A stretch of 64,000 nt of DNA. Source: Podarcis vaucheri (lineage: Eukaryota). Made by a program: the position numbers and the translations under genes. This document shows, piece after piece, positions 39,615-51,833 of this stretch (positions within the stretch are counted from its first letter, which is position 1; each line of letters opens with the position of its first letter). Location: NCBI GenBank assembly GCA_965113315.1, contig OZ220369.1; one strand, given 5' to 3'. A model generated the notes under the pieces. That model did not search any database, was not told the origin of the DNA, and was given only the letters and a program-made list of their open reading frames with translations.

Positions 39615-39804
39615 CTGCAAAAAAGGAGACAATTGTCACAGATGATTCTGTGGTAAGTCTAAGGCTACGGTGCAATAGCAAGGTTCAGGTTTTGCCCCAC
39701 CCCACACAGATGGATAGCCAAGATGGCAACCATGGTCAGTTGTAGAGATCATAAGGGATTAGAAAGCTCACCTTCCAATTTCCCATAATCAGTAGCTTAT
39801 AATT

Positions 39805-40003
39805 ATATTTCTATCCCACCTTCTCTCCAAAGAGCTCAAGTGGCAGACATGGTTCTCCCCCTCCTCTATTTTATCATCGTGTTAACCGTGGGTTAGGCTA
39901 AGCTAAGAGGCAGCGACTGGCCAAGGTCACCTAGTGAGCCACATGGAGATTTGAACCCCCGGGCTCCCAGAACGTAGTCCAATACTCTGTCACTATGCTA
40001 TAC
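39805..40003 (-). mobile_element. MIR/Squam2-like SINE, reverse copy
   Basis: gactggccaaggtcacc..gagatttgaacc..tagtccaatactct..cactatgctatacc. Confidence 0.6.
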
Positions 40004-40079
40004 CAAGGCTATGTACAAATCATAAAAAAATCAACAACATGGGAGGCCCACATTAAGCTCCAGGAACGAAGACATATCA

Positions 40080-40325
40080 CAGTGGTTCCCAAAGTTCCCA
40101 CCTTCCATTCTTTATATTTAAAATTTTACTGCTATTTTATTTTTCATGCAAAATTCTTATCTGAATTTTATTGTGTTCTTATCTTCCTTAGTGGGTTGTG
40201 CAAACTGCTCTTCTGAATAACAATTGTTTTTTGTTTTTGTTTTTAAAAAGGTGGGGTGGGGGGCATTGGAGATGAGTTTATGGAACGGGGGGGGGGTGTT
40301 GGCCCCAAATTTTTGGGAACTACTG
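40080..40325. mobile_element. hAT-like non-autonomous element; related copy at ~28905-29290
   Basis: TIR CAGTGGTTCCCAAA / TTTGGGAACTACTG; shared internal tgaattttattgtg..tagtgggttgtg.aaactgct.ttctgaataa in both copies. Confidence 0.65.
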
Positions 40326-40380
40326 TCCTATGGCCTGCTTGTTCTAGATCTACACCTTCTTTTTATCACTGTTCTTGTAC

Positions 40381-40923
40381 CTTGGAATGGAGAGAACTGT
40401 ATCGTTTGGTGGCATCGTCCAACTTGTTCTTCACCAGCACCCCAGTAGCTGAAACCTCAGGCCTTGGAGGCCCCCCAGCAGTCCCATTTTCTGCCGCCAC
40501 CTTCTCTGCATCCAGCACTTTCTGCCCGGACATTGTCACAAAGCGCAAATCCCCCTTGTGTGAGATTACATCTTCGGCAAAGCTGCTCTGCCGCTGGAGC
40601 AGGGGCTGAAGGGACTCGAGGCTGCCGTCTCCTGCACGCATCCTTTCCAGCTCTTGCTCGGCCTGCTCCAGCCAAGCCTCAAACTCCACATGGTCCCGGA
40701 GGAATTTATGCAGCTCATCCCGGAGCGCCTGTGATTGCTTGAGCCGCACCTCAGACTGAGACAAGGTGGTGGCATACTGTCCCTTCAGCTCCTCCAGTCT
40801 CCCCTGCAGCCTCTGCTTCTCCTCCGGGGCAAGATTGTGGCCTTGCTTGTCCAGGAAGGCCTGGGCTGACTGCGTAGCTAGAATGACTTCTTGCTGCTGA
40901 GAGAGAAGCTCCTGATGGCGGAC
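40381..40923 (-). CDS. MACF1: MACF1 exon L (543 nt, phase 0-0): VRHQELLSQQQ...SFAEDVISHKGDLRFVTMSGQKVL...SLHSK
   Basis: Acceptor TTCCAG, donor AAG|GTACAA; conserved spectraplakin motif EDVISHKGDLR. Confidence 0.95.
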
Positions 40924-41356
40924 CTGGAACAACAGCAGCAAACAACCAGGCTGAAGTACATCCAAGTCCACACTGACCGCGTGAAATTAGAACCTGGGCC
41001 CTTTACAAGGCTAGGGAGGGAAACTGCAGCCACCTTCAAAAATGCAAAGCCTTCATACAGTTCTGCAGTATCGAGCCCATAGGGCTAGCCCTACTGTTAG
41101 GCAGCATGAGGCAACTGCCACAGGTGGCAAATGTTGGGGGACAGCAGGGGCAGGCCTCCCTCCCTCAGCTGTTCTTTCTGACTATCCTGATTTTACCAAC
41201 TTCTGCCAGAAGACAGAGCTCCCCACAAAGGAATGCGGTTCTTGGGGATGAAAAAGGTTCCCCACTCCTGACTTTCAGCAAATGTGTTCTTAGCTTAGCT
41301 GGATTTTACACCTAGATCTTAAACTCAACCCCCTCCATCCAGCAGACCCCACCAAC

Positions 41357-41569
41357 CTTCAAGCTCTCATAGTGCAAAGTGAGATCTTCTTCAACTCTGT
41401 CGGCCTCCTTGAATCCACCATCAGGGTTATCTTGGACTCTTCCAGTCACTAGACCACCTCGGTGGTGTTCAGCTTCTGTGAGCTCCTTGGGCTGCTCTAG
41501 TGATGCCACCCAGTGCAGAAGAGATTCAATCTTACTCTTATTTTCTTCAAAGTCTTTGACAGCTCTAAT
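41357..41569 (-). CDS. MACF1: MACF1 exon K (213 nt, phase 0-0): IRAVKDFEENKSKIESLLHWVASL...YESLK
   Basis: Acceptor TTTCCAG, donor AAG|GTTGGT. Confidence 0.9.
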
Positions 41570-41777
41570 CTGGAAACAGAGCAGAGTGCATAGGAAGCTG
41601 ATAGATTACAAAGCACAGAATGGGTAAATATGGGCTAGAATTTTGCATGCCACAGAAGCATCCCACTACAATTCACAGAGCACTGGATAACACATAGCCT
41701 CTTATAAGTTTACCCAACTCCCTCCTAATGCGAAGGAGGGATCTTCCACACCAGTTCCAGGTTGTGTGGTGCTGTAC

Positions 41778-42011
41778 CTTTTCTGTTTGCTGTTGCACCA
41801 CAGTGCTCACAGCACTCTCAAGCTCCTTCTGCGCCGCCTCCGTCCTCTCTTGCAGGGACTGGTACTGCTCCTTGGCCTGGCAGAGCCTTTCCTGCAGGGA
41901 TGCCAGTTCCTTGGGGTCCAGTTTGGTCCGGTTCTCCTCCAGGAACTCCTCTGTCGCTTTCAAGACACCGGCAAAAGAGGCTGCTCGGCTGTGCAGGCTT
42001 CTCTGCAAGTC
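41778..42011 (-). CDS. MACF1: MACF1 exon J (234 nt, phase 0-0): DLQRSLHSRAASF...QQQTEK
   Basis: Acceptor CCATTAG, donor AAG|GTACAG. Confidence 0.92.
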
Positions 42012-42460
42012 CTAATGGCAGAAATCAAAAGAGCAGCAAAGAGAGTGACCATCTCTGGCATAACTGTAAGCTGGTATTCACAGACTTGTAATAATGCTGA
42101 GTTCTTGAGGCAAGAGGCCACTGATTTCTGAGCAGAGATTATGCTTAGATTTCATGCTGTCCTGTTGATTTTATTAGAACTGTTGAATTGTTAGTTTGCT
42201 TTTATATATGGTGCACCAACTCTGCCCTGGGATTACCGGCTTGAGGGATGTGTTACAAATGAAACAAAGCAAATAAACAAGCCACACACCTTGCATTGTA
42301 ACAAAGACAGAACAAAACATGAGTGCAGATGCTGGAGTGTGGAAAGAAGAAACACCCAGCAAACCAGCCTGGTCACAAGGTGTGTTTTGCCACCTGGCCT
42401 ACCAGCTCCATCAAGGGAAACACAGTGCAGTGGTCCAGCCTCCTTTAATTGTGTTCTCAC

Positions 42461-42610
42461 CTTAACGTCACTCTGGCTCTGTTGCAGTACAGAGAGGTCC
42501 CCTTCCCTCGCTGCTCCCTGTGGATCCACCAGTCTGTGCTCAGCCTGGTTCATCCAGGTGCACAACTCCTCCAGTTTCTGGCTGCGTATTGCCTGCTGTT
42601 CTTGAAGTGT
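42461..42610 (-). CDS. MACF1: MACF1 exon I (150 nt, phase 0-0): TLQEQQAIRSQKLEELCTW...QSDVK
   Basis: Acceptor AAACAG, donor AAG|GTGAGA. Confidence 0.92.
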
Positions 42611-45079
42611 CTGTTTAGATTTTGGATTGTTTAACAAAAACGAAGCACCTGTTAATGCCATTCAACTCAACTGTTAAAACCACAAATACAAGCCAAACAA
42701 GTTGCAAAACAGAAAGCACTTAAGCAGATGCAGTCAATGGCTCGCAAGAGGCATCATCTCTCTCTCACACACTCTCTTGCTTCACCCTTTACTTTTGCTC
42801 TAGACGGTCATTTAGGTCCATTGTCTGGCACATCAAAGCATATATGGTTTTAAATGGAGTCATTTGCCATCTAGGTTCTTTCTTCTGCCTTTAATTCCCT
42901 CTTTTATTCCCATATAGCAGCCCACTTATCAAGGACTGATGTTGACCTGATGGCTTTTTCCTTGAAAGATGACTTATCAGAGGGAAAATGGATGGCAAAA
43001 TCTGTGTGGCTCTTGCAGGAAAATCAGAGGAAGGAAGAATCTGGTCTTCTCCTTGGAGACCTTTCCTGCAAAATCCTCTTTTTTTTTTTTGCATTCCAAT
43101 GTAACACTTTTCATGTCCCTTTCTCCCACTGAGGGGTGGGGAAACACATTCACTGAACCCAAACATAAATCATTTCCATGGAGGCAGTTATTCTGGCTTA
43201 TGCTGTCAGGGCTAGAAAGCAATTAACCCAACTTTTGCTTGAAGCCCTGTTTTTGCATCCCAGTCTCAAGAACAAAAGATACCTGGGGAATAACAAGCTG
43301 TGCTAAATGACCTTGCACAACTGCTATAAACCCAAAAAAATGTTATTTCTGGGAACAGTGGGAGAGATAAAGAGAGACAGAGTTAGTGTGAGTGAATTTT
43401 GGACACTGCACCAAACCAAGTCCCAGATTATCCTCTTGGGAGTCCTGCAAATAGGGCGTCATTGAGCATGATGTGTGACCCTGGGCCATCCTTCTTTCAA
43501 CCAGTGTGCAATTTGTCTTTCCCTTGGTGCCTTACGATCAAAACATACAAACTTCTGCCAAATGAAAAACAGGGCTTTTTTGTTCATTTTCAGACATTCC
43601 TTAAGCCAAATAACAGAAGCAGTTTGAGGAGGAGGAGAGGGGAAAAGAGCACTGCTAAAAAAGCACTCTTCAGCAGCATAACAAGATCTTCTCGCATTAG
43701 GGATGGGAGCACACTGAATCTGAAAAGGCAAAGCAAAACGGTTAATACACACAAACACACATACACAAAAAGAAGAGAGGCAGAATAGGCACACATTACA
43801 AGGGGACAATTGTTAAGCAAAACCTTACTTGTATTAGCAGTGTCTGAAGGAAAAAGAGAGGCAGGGGCATGCAGTTATGGGGGCTGCAAAAGCACACCTT
43901 TATTGAGCATCCTTGTGTGCACTTCTTAAGGGCCAAAGTGGATGGATTGCTGAACTCAAAAGCACAGAAGGGTCTTAGTAGCAGATATTCTTCCTGTTCT
44001 TAGAATATTCACTCTACATTCTCTAGATCAGTGGAGGGAAGAATTCAAGCTTGCTGAATCTATTTTGTGCTTCGCTAGAACCCAAAGACCCACCAACTGG
44101 AGCCTGCGAGTGTCTCTGACATGGGTTATAAACACCAGAACTGAGCTGAGCTCACAATGCTTCCACATTTATATTTATGCTTCCTACAGATAATCTTCTA
44201 AAAAAGGGGCAGGGGTAAGCAATGGTAGACTGGACCTGCTGGGTAGATCTTTGGATGATCTGCAATGGATTGGCAAGGATTTCTGCTCCCAATTATTTAA
44301 CAACAGCATTAAAATTAGGCTGCTAAAGTGAGGAAAGCTTGAGAGTAACCAAGAATGTGTTTATATCTGCTGGTAAAAGTATACAGAGGGCAAGTGCACC
44401 CGGCACCTTTAAAACACCAGTGTGCATATCAAAACCCCATTCCTTAAATATAAGACAGAACAGGGGCTGGAATGGTAACTATGTTTGCAGAGACTGTACT
44501 GATTTTTTACAAAAGACTTTCTCCAGTCTGAGAAAAGTCAGACGAACAATGGGGGGGGGAGGTGGTTTTGATTAAACTGCAGCCCTGAGTGGGCCTTGCG
44601 TGCAACTGTGTATTCTGCACTATTTCCACCATGTGCATGCTTTGTGTCAAGTCCTAAACCAGGGATAGGTAACGGTGATCCCCTTTGACCAGCAGGTTGG
44701 AACCACCCAAAATTTAAACAGTTACCAAAAGCAAGCACTGCTTGCAAAAGTTCTCCCTTTGTACCCACAGATTTTCTTGACACATCTGAAATCAGATGAT
44801 GGAGGTGAGAGAAAAGTGGGCATGGCTTGAGGAAAACAGACTTGCAGGCCAAAGGTTCCACCTACCTGCCACAAACCATAACATACAAACCAGCACTCCT
44901 GGTTTGTTCCTCTACAAACAAAGCTTGGTGCTCAGTCTCTTGGCCTACTAAGCGTGACTTGTTTGGAGATAAACATGCCATGAGCAGCATTTTGCTCAAC
45001 ACATTAAAGAAGGGCTCATGGTTTGTTGCTCCTAACTCAACAAAGTGAGGAGTGCAGCAGACACAGTTCTGCAGAATAA

Positions 45080-45128
45080 GCTTGTTCATGTGCAAAATTG
45101 GACTGCTTGTTCATGTGCAAAATTGGAC
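45080..45128. repeat. Perfect tandem duplication, 25-bp period
   Basis: GCTTGTTCATGTGCAAAATTGGAC at 45080-45103 and 45105-45128. Confidence 0.9.
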
Positions 45129-45617
45129 CACTGTGCCTGTTGCACTCATACTGTGCATCTGCACACCTATTACAGCTAAAAACCACAGTTAGCAACAAGT
45201 CCCCCAGACCCTGGGCTAACACTTGAGTCACAAATGTGTTGCTTTTAATGCTCTGTTTCTCCCCTCTTGCTCCATCCAAGTCATTACTTTAGCCTTCCTT
45301 ATTGAGAGGCAAGATTCAGCCCCACCGCCATGACAGAAACCAGCTTAACTGGTGTCCCCCATTGTCCTTAGAACAGCCACCTATTTGGAGTCCTGACTCA
45401 CTCTGTGAAAGGGAGGATGGAAGGAGAGAGACACAGAAATGAGGCATCTCTCTGCTTTGAAGCAGCAGCTGACGCACTCTATGATGCCACAACTTAATTG
45501 CAAAAGGATGCGTACAGAAACTGTAGGAAGGGCAGCTTGGTTAAAAAGGAAAAGACACACATTCTGCTCCCTGTTAAATACAAAACAGCAAAGAGGTTGC
45601 CACTCCATCACTGTCAC

Positions 45618-45845
45618 CTGATCTGTCTGCTCCGCTTGCTGGAGACAGACCTGAAGGACCTCTGCCCGGGTGGCCAGCCTCTCTGAAAGCTCCCGGAAGG
45701 ATGTCTGCAGCTCGTTCAGCAGCCTCAACAGCTGCCTGCTTTGTTCCGGGGACAAGTCTTGAGCGTGCTCAGAAATGAAGAACTGAATGTCAAGGGCTGT
45801 TGCATCAAGCTGAGCTTTGGTATCTGCAAGGGGCCTTTTCAGCTC
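45618..45845 (-). CDS. MACF1: MACF1 exon H (228 nt, phase 0-0): [33 protein letters not shown]...EQTDQ
   Basis: Acceptor GGCCAG, donor CAG|GTGACA; [15 protein letters not shown] recognised from MACF1. Confidence 0.9.
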
Positions 45846-46149
45846 CTGGCCATGTCAAAAGAGGGGAAGAGGGAGAAAATGTAGCCACTCTGAGATTTCA
45901 GTCACCCACAGGATACCTTTGCAAGTTTCACGTGCTTGAATGACCAAGTGACCAGAGACTTTAAAACAAAAGAGGCTTAATGGTCCTTCATCAGGGCAGG
46001 AAGCTTTCCCTGATAGCCTGAAATTGACACACTTACAGCTAGGGAGAAGGGCAGAGAAATAGCTCAGAGCCAGTCTGAATTCATTCTCTGCCCCTCTGTC
46101 TCTCACACACCATGAATTTGTATGTGGATGAAGGTGAAGCACCTAAGGA

Positions 46150-46560
46150 TGGGTCAGTCTGTCAATTTAAGTTTCTCTCAGTTTCTTATTTTTCCCAATC
46201 ACATTTTTGCACCGGATTGTGTGTGGTTTTTAAGTCCTAATGAAAATTCAGAAGCATTTTTGTATACACTTCAATTACGCAATTTTTGTTATGTAATTTT
46301 GCCCAATAAACATATTTTTGCAGGCCATTCCCCCCTTATATAAAGCATTTTAATGTGCTATTTTCATTAAAATATGCATTTATGTATGCATTCCCCTGGT
46401 ATATGCATTTCTGTACTAATTATTTGCTTGGAAAGGAACACAAAATTCGGAGAAATGTGAATTTCAAAGGATGGTTGTGTTTCAGTTCACATATTGTTTC
46501 AGGATGTGCATAGCTGGTAGGTTTGCCTTTAAATGAGAAGTGAAATCAATTATTCCCACA
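46150..46560. repeat. AT-rich interspersed repeat; part is the reverse complement of ~36640-36745
   Basis: aaattcggagaaatgtgaatttcaaaggatgg versus ccatcctttgaaatttacacttctctaaattt. Confidence 0.55.
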
Positions 46561-47969
46561 CAACTTTAGAGACATCCCAGGGTGCAAGCTCTTTCTCCCT
46601 GGGAACCTGATGTGGAATTGCAGCTTGATGCAGAAGTCTTGGTTTGCTTCCCAAATGCTCTCCTTACATTTGTTATATCTTAAAATATACATTACAACTA
46701 CACCTTAAGACTTCAGGGTGTAGTCTGGTTTCCCTTCCCAGCCCAAAGAAACTAAACCCCGCCCACCCTTCCCTGGGGAGCTTCTCATCACCCGGAAAAA
46801 CAAGAAATGTCTGGCAATGTCACATTCGAAGTCAAACCAACGTAGGCAGGGGATGATGGAAGTTGTAGTCTGAAACATTTGGAGGGCACCAGATTGGCAA
46901 AGGCTTTTCTAAGTATAAAGGAATTGGCTGGCAGCCCTACCACTTTCTCCAAATAGCAGGTCATACAGCTTAAGGTCTGGCTTCCCAGCCATATTATCTT
47001 GGGAGGAGCCAGTTGCAAACTCAGGCATGCCACACACCCACAAAAAGCTCTCAAGAGCTCCAGGCAGAGAAGAGGAAATAGTTGTGTTTTTTCAAATGCC
47101 AGATCATAAAGCTACACAATTCATAACCATAAATGGTTATAACTTACAACACTCACAGTCTTGCACAAACGGTTGTGATGTCTACTGGCGCAAAATGCAT
47201 GGGTGATGCTAATTGCCATCACAGATCCCTTTTTAGATAATAATGCAGACCCCCCCTGCATGGTGTGTGGGGGGTGTGTGTGGAGCTTTGTCTAGACAAG
47301 CAAGGAGTCTCCATTAAGCAGAGTTCTTGAATCTTGCCAAAAGGTGGGGGGTGGGGGGAAAAACAAGAGTAAAAGGAGGACAATTCAGGGCAATGAAAGA
47401 AAAGTGGAGGGGGTGGGGGTGGGGATGGGAATGGGAATGAATGAGGGAAGAAAAAAGAGGCCTACCAGCCTCTCTCTGGCCCTCCGAATTCATCCACCAG
47501 AATTTCCATAAAGGCAGTCTTTGGTGGTCAGGATGCTGGCTAGCAACTAGCAGGAAATGGCTACCACCATAACAGCCCTGTTTGTGAAATACCCTGAAGC
47601 ATCTGGCTCCATAAGGGAGCAACACTCTCAACCAGACAGACCAATGATCCAATACAGCAGGGCCATTCTCATGTGGCTGTTATTTGCAGAACTGGAAAGG
47701 TCCCAGAATGAGTTTGTAAATACTGAGGACAACTTCCTAAACATATGCCTTTTTACAAATATTGAGTAGCTGATAGGATAATTGCATTCATGGTTGAAAT
47801 GAAGTGAGCCAAGGGAGAAGGCCCAAAGTGACTGGTCCCAAGGGTGCTCTCAGCAGAGAGTATAGGTCCCCTAGTTAGCATGCGGACAACCAGGAACTCC
47901 CCGCCCCCTCCGTGGGAAGTTACCACCCTCCCAGTCAGGCTTAGCCTGTGACGTTGCTATAGCAACTAC

Positions 47970-48119
47970 CTTGTAGCTCTGGAGGCAGGAATTCAAGCTG
48001 CTGGCATCAATTTTAGTGTGGGACTCTAGATGGTTGAGTAACTCTGTGGTGTCAGACGCCCAGCTCAGCAGCTCCTGGAGCCTGCCCTGCAGCTTCCCAT
48101 GCTGCGCTAGGATTTCAGC
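47970..48119 (-). CDS. MACF1: MACF1 exon G (150 nt, phase 0-0): AEILAQHGKLQGRLQELLSWASD...LQSYK
   Basis: Spectrin helix-A Trp motif (LLSWAS); only in-frame acceptor at the tract end is TTTTGAG; donor AAG|GTAGTT. Confidence 0.82.
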
Positions 48120-49368
48120 CTCAAAATGAAACAACAACAGAGAAATAATTATTAAAACCAGAATAGGAACAAAAGGGCACACCAAGGTCAGCCAAAGATG
48201 CCGAACCTTAACAAATACTGGCATTTTAGCTGACAGGCACAAAACTCTGGCCTATTCTTGAAGCAAAAGTGTCTCCACAAGGTGACTCTCCCCTCAAGAT
48301 CCATGTGGTAGGAGAGCTCTTGTGAATGGGCTCACATATAGCAGCAGTAGCAATAGCTGCTTTTTAAACAATGTTGGGGGGGGCACGCAAAAAAGGAAGT
48401 CTTTTTCAGTATGCAAGAAATTCCTATTGCTGTACGAGGAGTCATTGTGCAAGAGAACAGAGAAAAGACAAACTAAGGGGGGAAATTATGCATGGGTGAA
48501 TCTTCCCCCACAAAAACTGTCGCATGAAGTGGCCCCTGAAACTCAGATGCACACACTCCACACAGGCAGCGTTCAGAGGTGGGACAATGTACGGTTGAGG
48601 CCCAGGACATCACTTAATTATTTGGCATTTCCCCCCAAATCATCTGCTGACCACAAAGAGAACAAGAACAGGATGCTGGAATAGATGGGTGTAGGCGTGA
48701 TCTAGAAGGCCTGTTCTTATATTCTTATGCTCTTAATGGCACGTTAAGGACAAACAGGGGTTAGAAAGTTGATGTGAGTATTAATCTGCTTTTAGTCTAC
48801 TGTGGATAATGGTTGATTTTTCTTATTGATAATTTCATTTTTGTAGACCACTTTGAGGTCTATTTTTACTAACAAGTAGTATATAAATTTTGTGAAATAA
48901 ATGAATAAAACAAACCTCCACTTATGCAATGTGTGTGTGGGGGACATTCAGACATGAGATCTTTGCTGCTCTATTTTGCTTGCATACAATGGCCCATTTT
49001 CTACCCCTTCGAGGAAAAATATGGGTTGCTTCCAGGAATTTAATATTGTAAAAAAAGTTGTTCGGATATTGCAGCAGGATTCTTTTTTAACACTGTATTT
49101 TCCCCAGATTGTGTAGATACAGATTAAACGGGGGGGGGGGATACAGGCTGGCATTTTGATGCCAATGATGTTGTGTGGATGCTGCAAAAACAACAACTCC
49201 TGCATGCGTGAGGAGCAGTCACCCCACAATAAACACCCGCCTGGAAGGACCCTGGAAGGGTGGGTCCTGTGCTTCCCAGAACATTCCTTTTCCATAGAAT
49301 CGGCAAACACCTTCTTTGAACAAACATGGAGCCTCCTTGCCAAAGGAACGCTGTAAGGAGTGCAGTAC

Positions 49369-49584
49369 CTTTTCTGCTTCTGTCGCAGCACGAAGGTTCA
49401 GTAGCCAAGAGTCCAGGGCCTTGCTGACAGAGCCAAAAGACTTCTGAAGGTTCTTGGCATCTTTCTCCAAAGCCTTCAGTAATTGCTCAGGGACTTCCCA
49501 GGGAGGGTTGGATACAATCCCTTTCACTGCCTCCAGCTCCTGATTCATTGGAGCCGACAAGTTCCTCAGCTCTGCGTCCAAGGC
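49369..49584 (-). CDS. MACF1: MACF1 exon F (216 nt, phase 0-0): ALDAELRNLSAP...AATEAEK
   Basis: Acceptor CCCCTTAG, donor AAG|GTACTG; spectrin-like peptide. Confidence 0.87.
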
Positions 49585-50235
49585 CTAAGGGGCAAAAGGG
49601 TACCTATAAGCAGACATCTAAGCAAGACAAATGGTCCTGCCAAGGCTGGAACGAACTTGAGCCTCACACTCCTCCTGTCTGCTGTTAAGGCTTCTCAACT
49701 CTTTTCACGTCATGGTAATCCTGTCCAAGCAGCAGAATCCAAGAAGCTCTTGTACATGTGTCATCGTCCAAGCATGAAGCAAGATTTGGTCCAAATAGTT
49801 CAATCCAGTACAAGTAAAAAACAAACCAACAATTGTAATCTGGTTTAAGGGCACATTTAAGGGTGTAGACGAGGGTTCAATTCTCACAATGGCCCTGAAC
49901 TCCCTTCTACAGCTTTCGGCATGCGTGCACACACACAATACTCTCGCAGCCTCATTCGCCTAGTGTGATCTACATCACAGGGGTAGATCAGACCAAAGGC
50001 TAAAAAGTACTTTGCAAAAACTACAGAGGATGTGAAAAGAATGAACAGCAACAGTAACTCATCTGATTGAGTGTTAGCCTTTTGAGGTGCCACAAGACTC
50101 TTCAGAAGTCCCTGAGAAGCTTACAGGCACAGCAAGTTGACAGGGAACAAAGGTGCTCTCCTGTGAATTGCCATAGTGGCCAGCCCACTGGGGAAAGTGA
50201 CCTTTATGTGTGAAAACCAAAGCCACTCCTCTTAC

Positions 50236-50385
50236 CTCAGCCTGGCGAACCAGTTCCCGCAGTGCTGCTGAACTCAGATCTGCAACTTGAACCCGCTGGA
50301 TGCGCATCTCAATGTCACGCACTCTGGACAGGAGCACAACCAATTTCTCATCATAGCTGAGGCAAAGCTGTTTGCTGTGTGGAGC
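50236..50385 (-). CDS. MACF1: MACF1 exon E (150 nt, phase 0-0): APHSKQLCLSYDEKL...LVRQAE
   Basis: Acceptor CCATAG, donor GAG|GTAAGA; helical, spectrin-like peptide. Confidence 0.85.
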
Positions 50386-51394
50386 CTATGGAGTCAGAGG
50401 CATTAAAACACAGGTTTTAGAGAGAATAGGAGAGATACAGACAAAGCACAACAATCTATTTGCATGGTTCTAGCTTATTTCATCTAAAAACTCTGTTTCT
50501 TGTAGGGCCAGATTTCATTTTTTAAATAAAATATTAATTTCTAAAAAGATTGTAAGGTTTCCCTGATAGTGGCCCGTCTTCCTGAGACTCTCTCCCAGGA
50601 GGGACTCACCAGTCTACCTGGCTATCAACCTTCCAACATCTGGTTAAGAAATCCTTACATTTGGCACCAAATGCTTTCTGGCAGGACCATTTCCACTCAA
50701 GACCCCCTGATACAAGCAAGTGCCTCATGACACCAACAGGACACCTGACACCATGTGGTGTCAGCTGAATGCCTAGAGGTTGTAGTGTGGCCAGAAACAG
50801 CTGCTGAGGCCTGACTGGGCTGCCTGGTGGGCCTAACTTGGCCTGCAGACCTGAGGTTCCCCACCTCTGACTTTCAGGCTGTATTTCAGGGGCAGCCAAC
50901 TGCCCTAATTTCTGAGCATTGGCCATACTTGTTTGGGTTGATGGAAGTTGGAGTCTAAAACATCTGGAGGGTACCCTATTCCCCCGCCCGCTATATCACA
51001 TTTATTGGGCATGTAACTTCCTCTTCCTTGCACTTCTAGGGGGCAAGTCAAGCTCCAATCTATGATGAGGAAAGAGCCACCCCTCCAGCTGCCCCTCTTC
51101 CCTGAAGCTGGCCAACTGTAAAGGAAGACATAGGCAGGGCTGCACCAAAGGGAGGGGGCCTGGTTTAGCTTGCTCCTTCACTGCTGACTACCTGGCCTCC
51201 AGAGCAGTGGTGTAGTGGTAGAATGTGAAGTGCATCATGGCAGCCCCCAGTGTCATCCATGCCCAAGTCATCAAGATAAGTGTGACTGCAATCATGTCCA
51301 CAGTTTCCTGGGGAGTCAGCTCTCCTTAAATGTAGAGATGCTCCCTCCTGACTGCATAGATTCAACAGGTAAAATATACTAAGCTTCAGCAAAA

Positions 51395-51437
51395 TACTAC
51401 TACTACTACTACTACTACTACTAATAATAATAATAAT
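51395..51437. repeat. Compound microsatellite (TAC)n(TAA)n
   Basis: Direct reading. Confidence 0.95.
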
Positions 51438-51833
51438 CCAGGAGCTGAAATGCAGCTGTTAGCATTTCACCAGGAATGCAAATCACCTTGGCAAAAGTGA
51501 AAATGCCACAATTTCAACTGCTTGCATGAAGTTAAGAGAGAGAAGCATTTAGCCTCTTATTTTTTCTCGTGTTCTTGACTTCCTCTATGTTTATCTGTCA
51601 CAAACCTGAAAGCCTCATTAGTGCCTCATTTACTCACCAGAGTGAGGAGGCTCCATAAATTATCCTGGTGTTCTGGTAGATGCTGTTACTGCTCTGAGAG
51701 AGTCCCAGAGGTGCACTCCCCTGTGTCTCCCAACCCACCCTACACCACTGCTCAAGAGATATATTTTCATTTCAGCTGTCCAGCTAGCTTTACAATATGA
51801 ATAAATGTCTCTGAGATTAATAAGTCCACCTAC

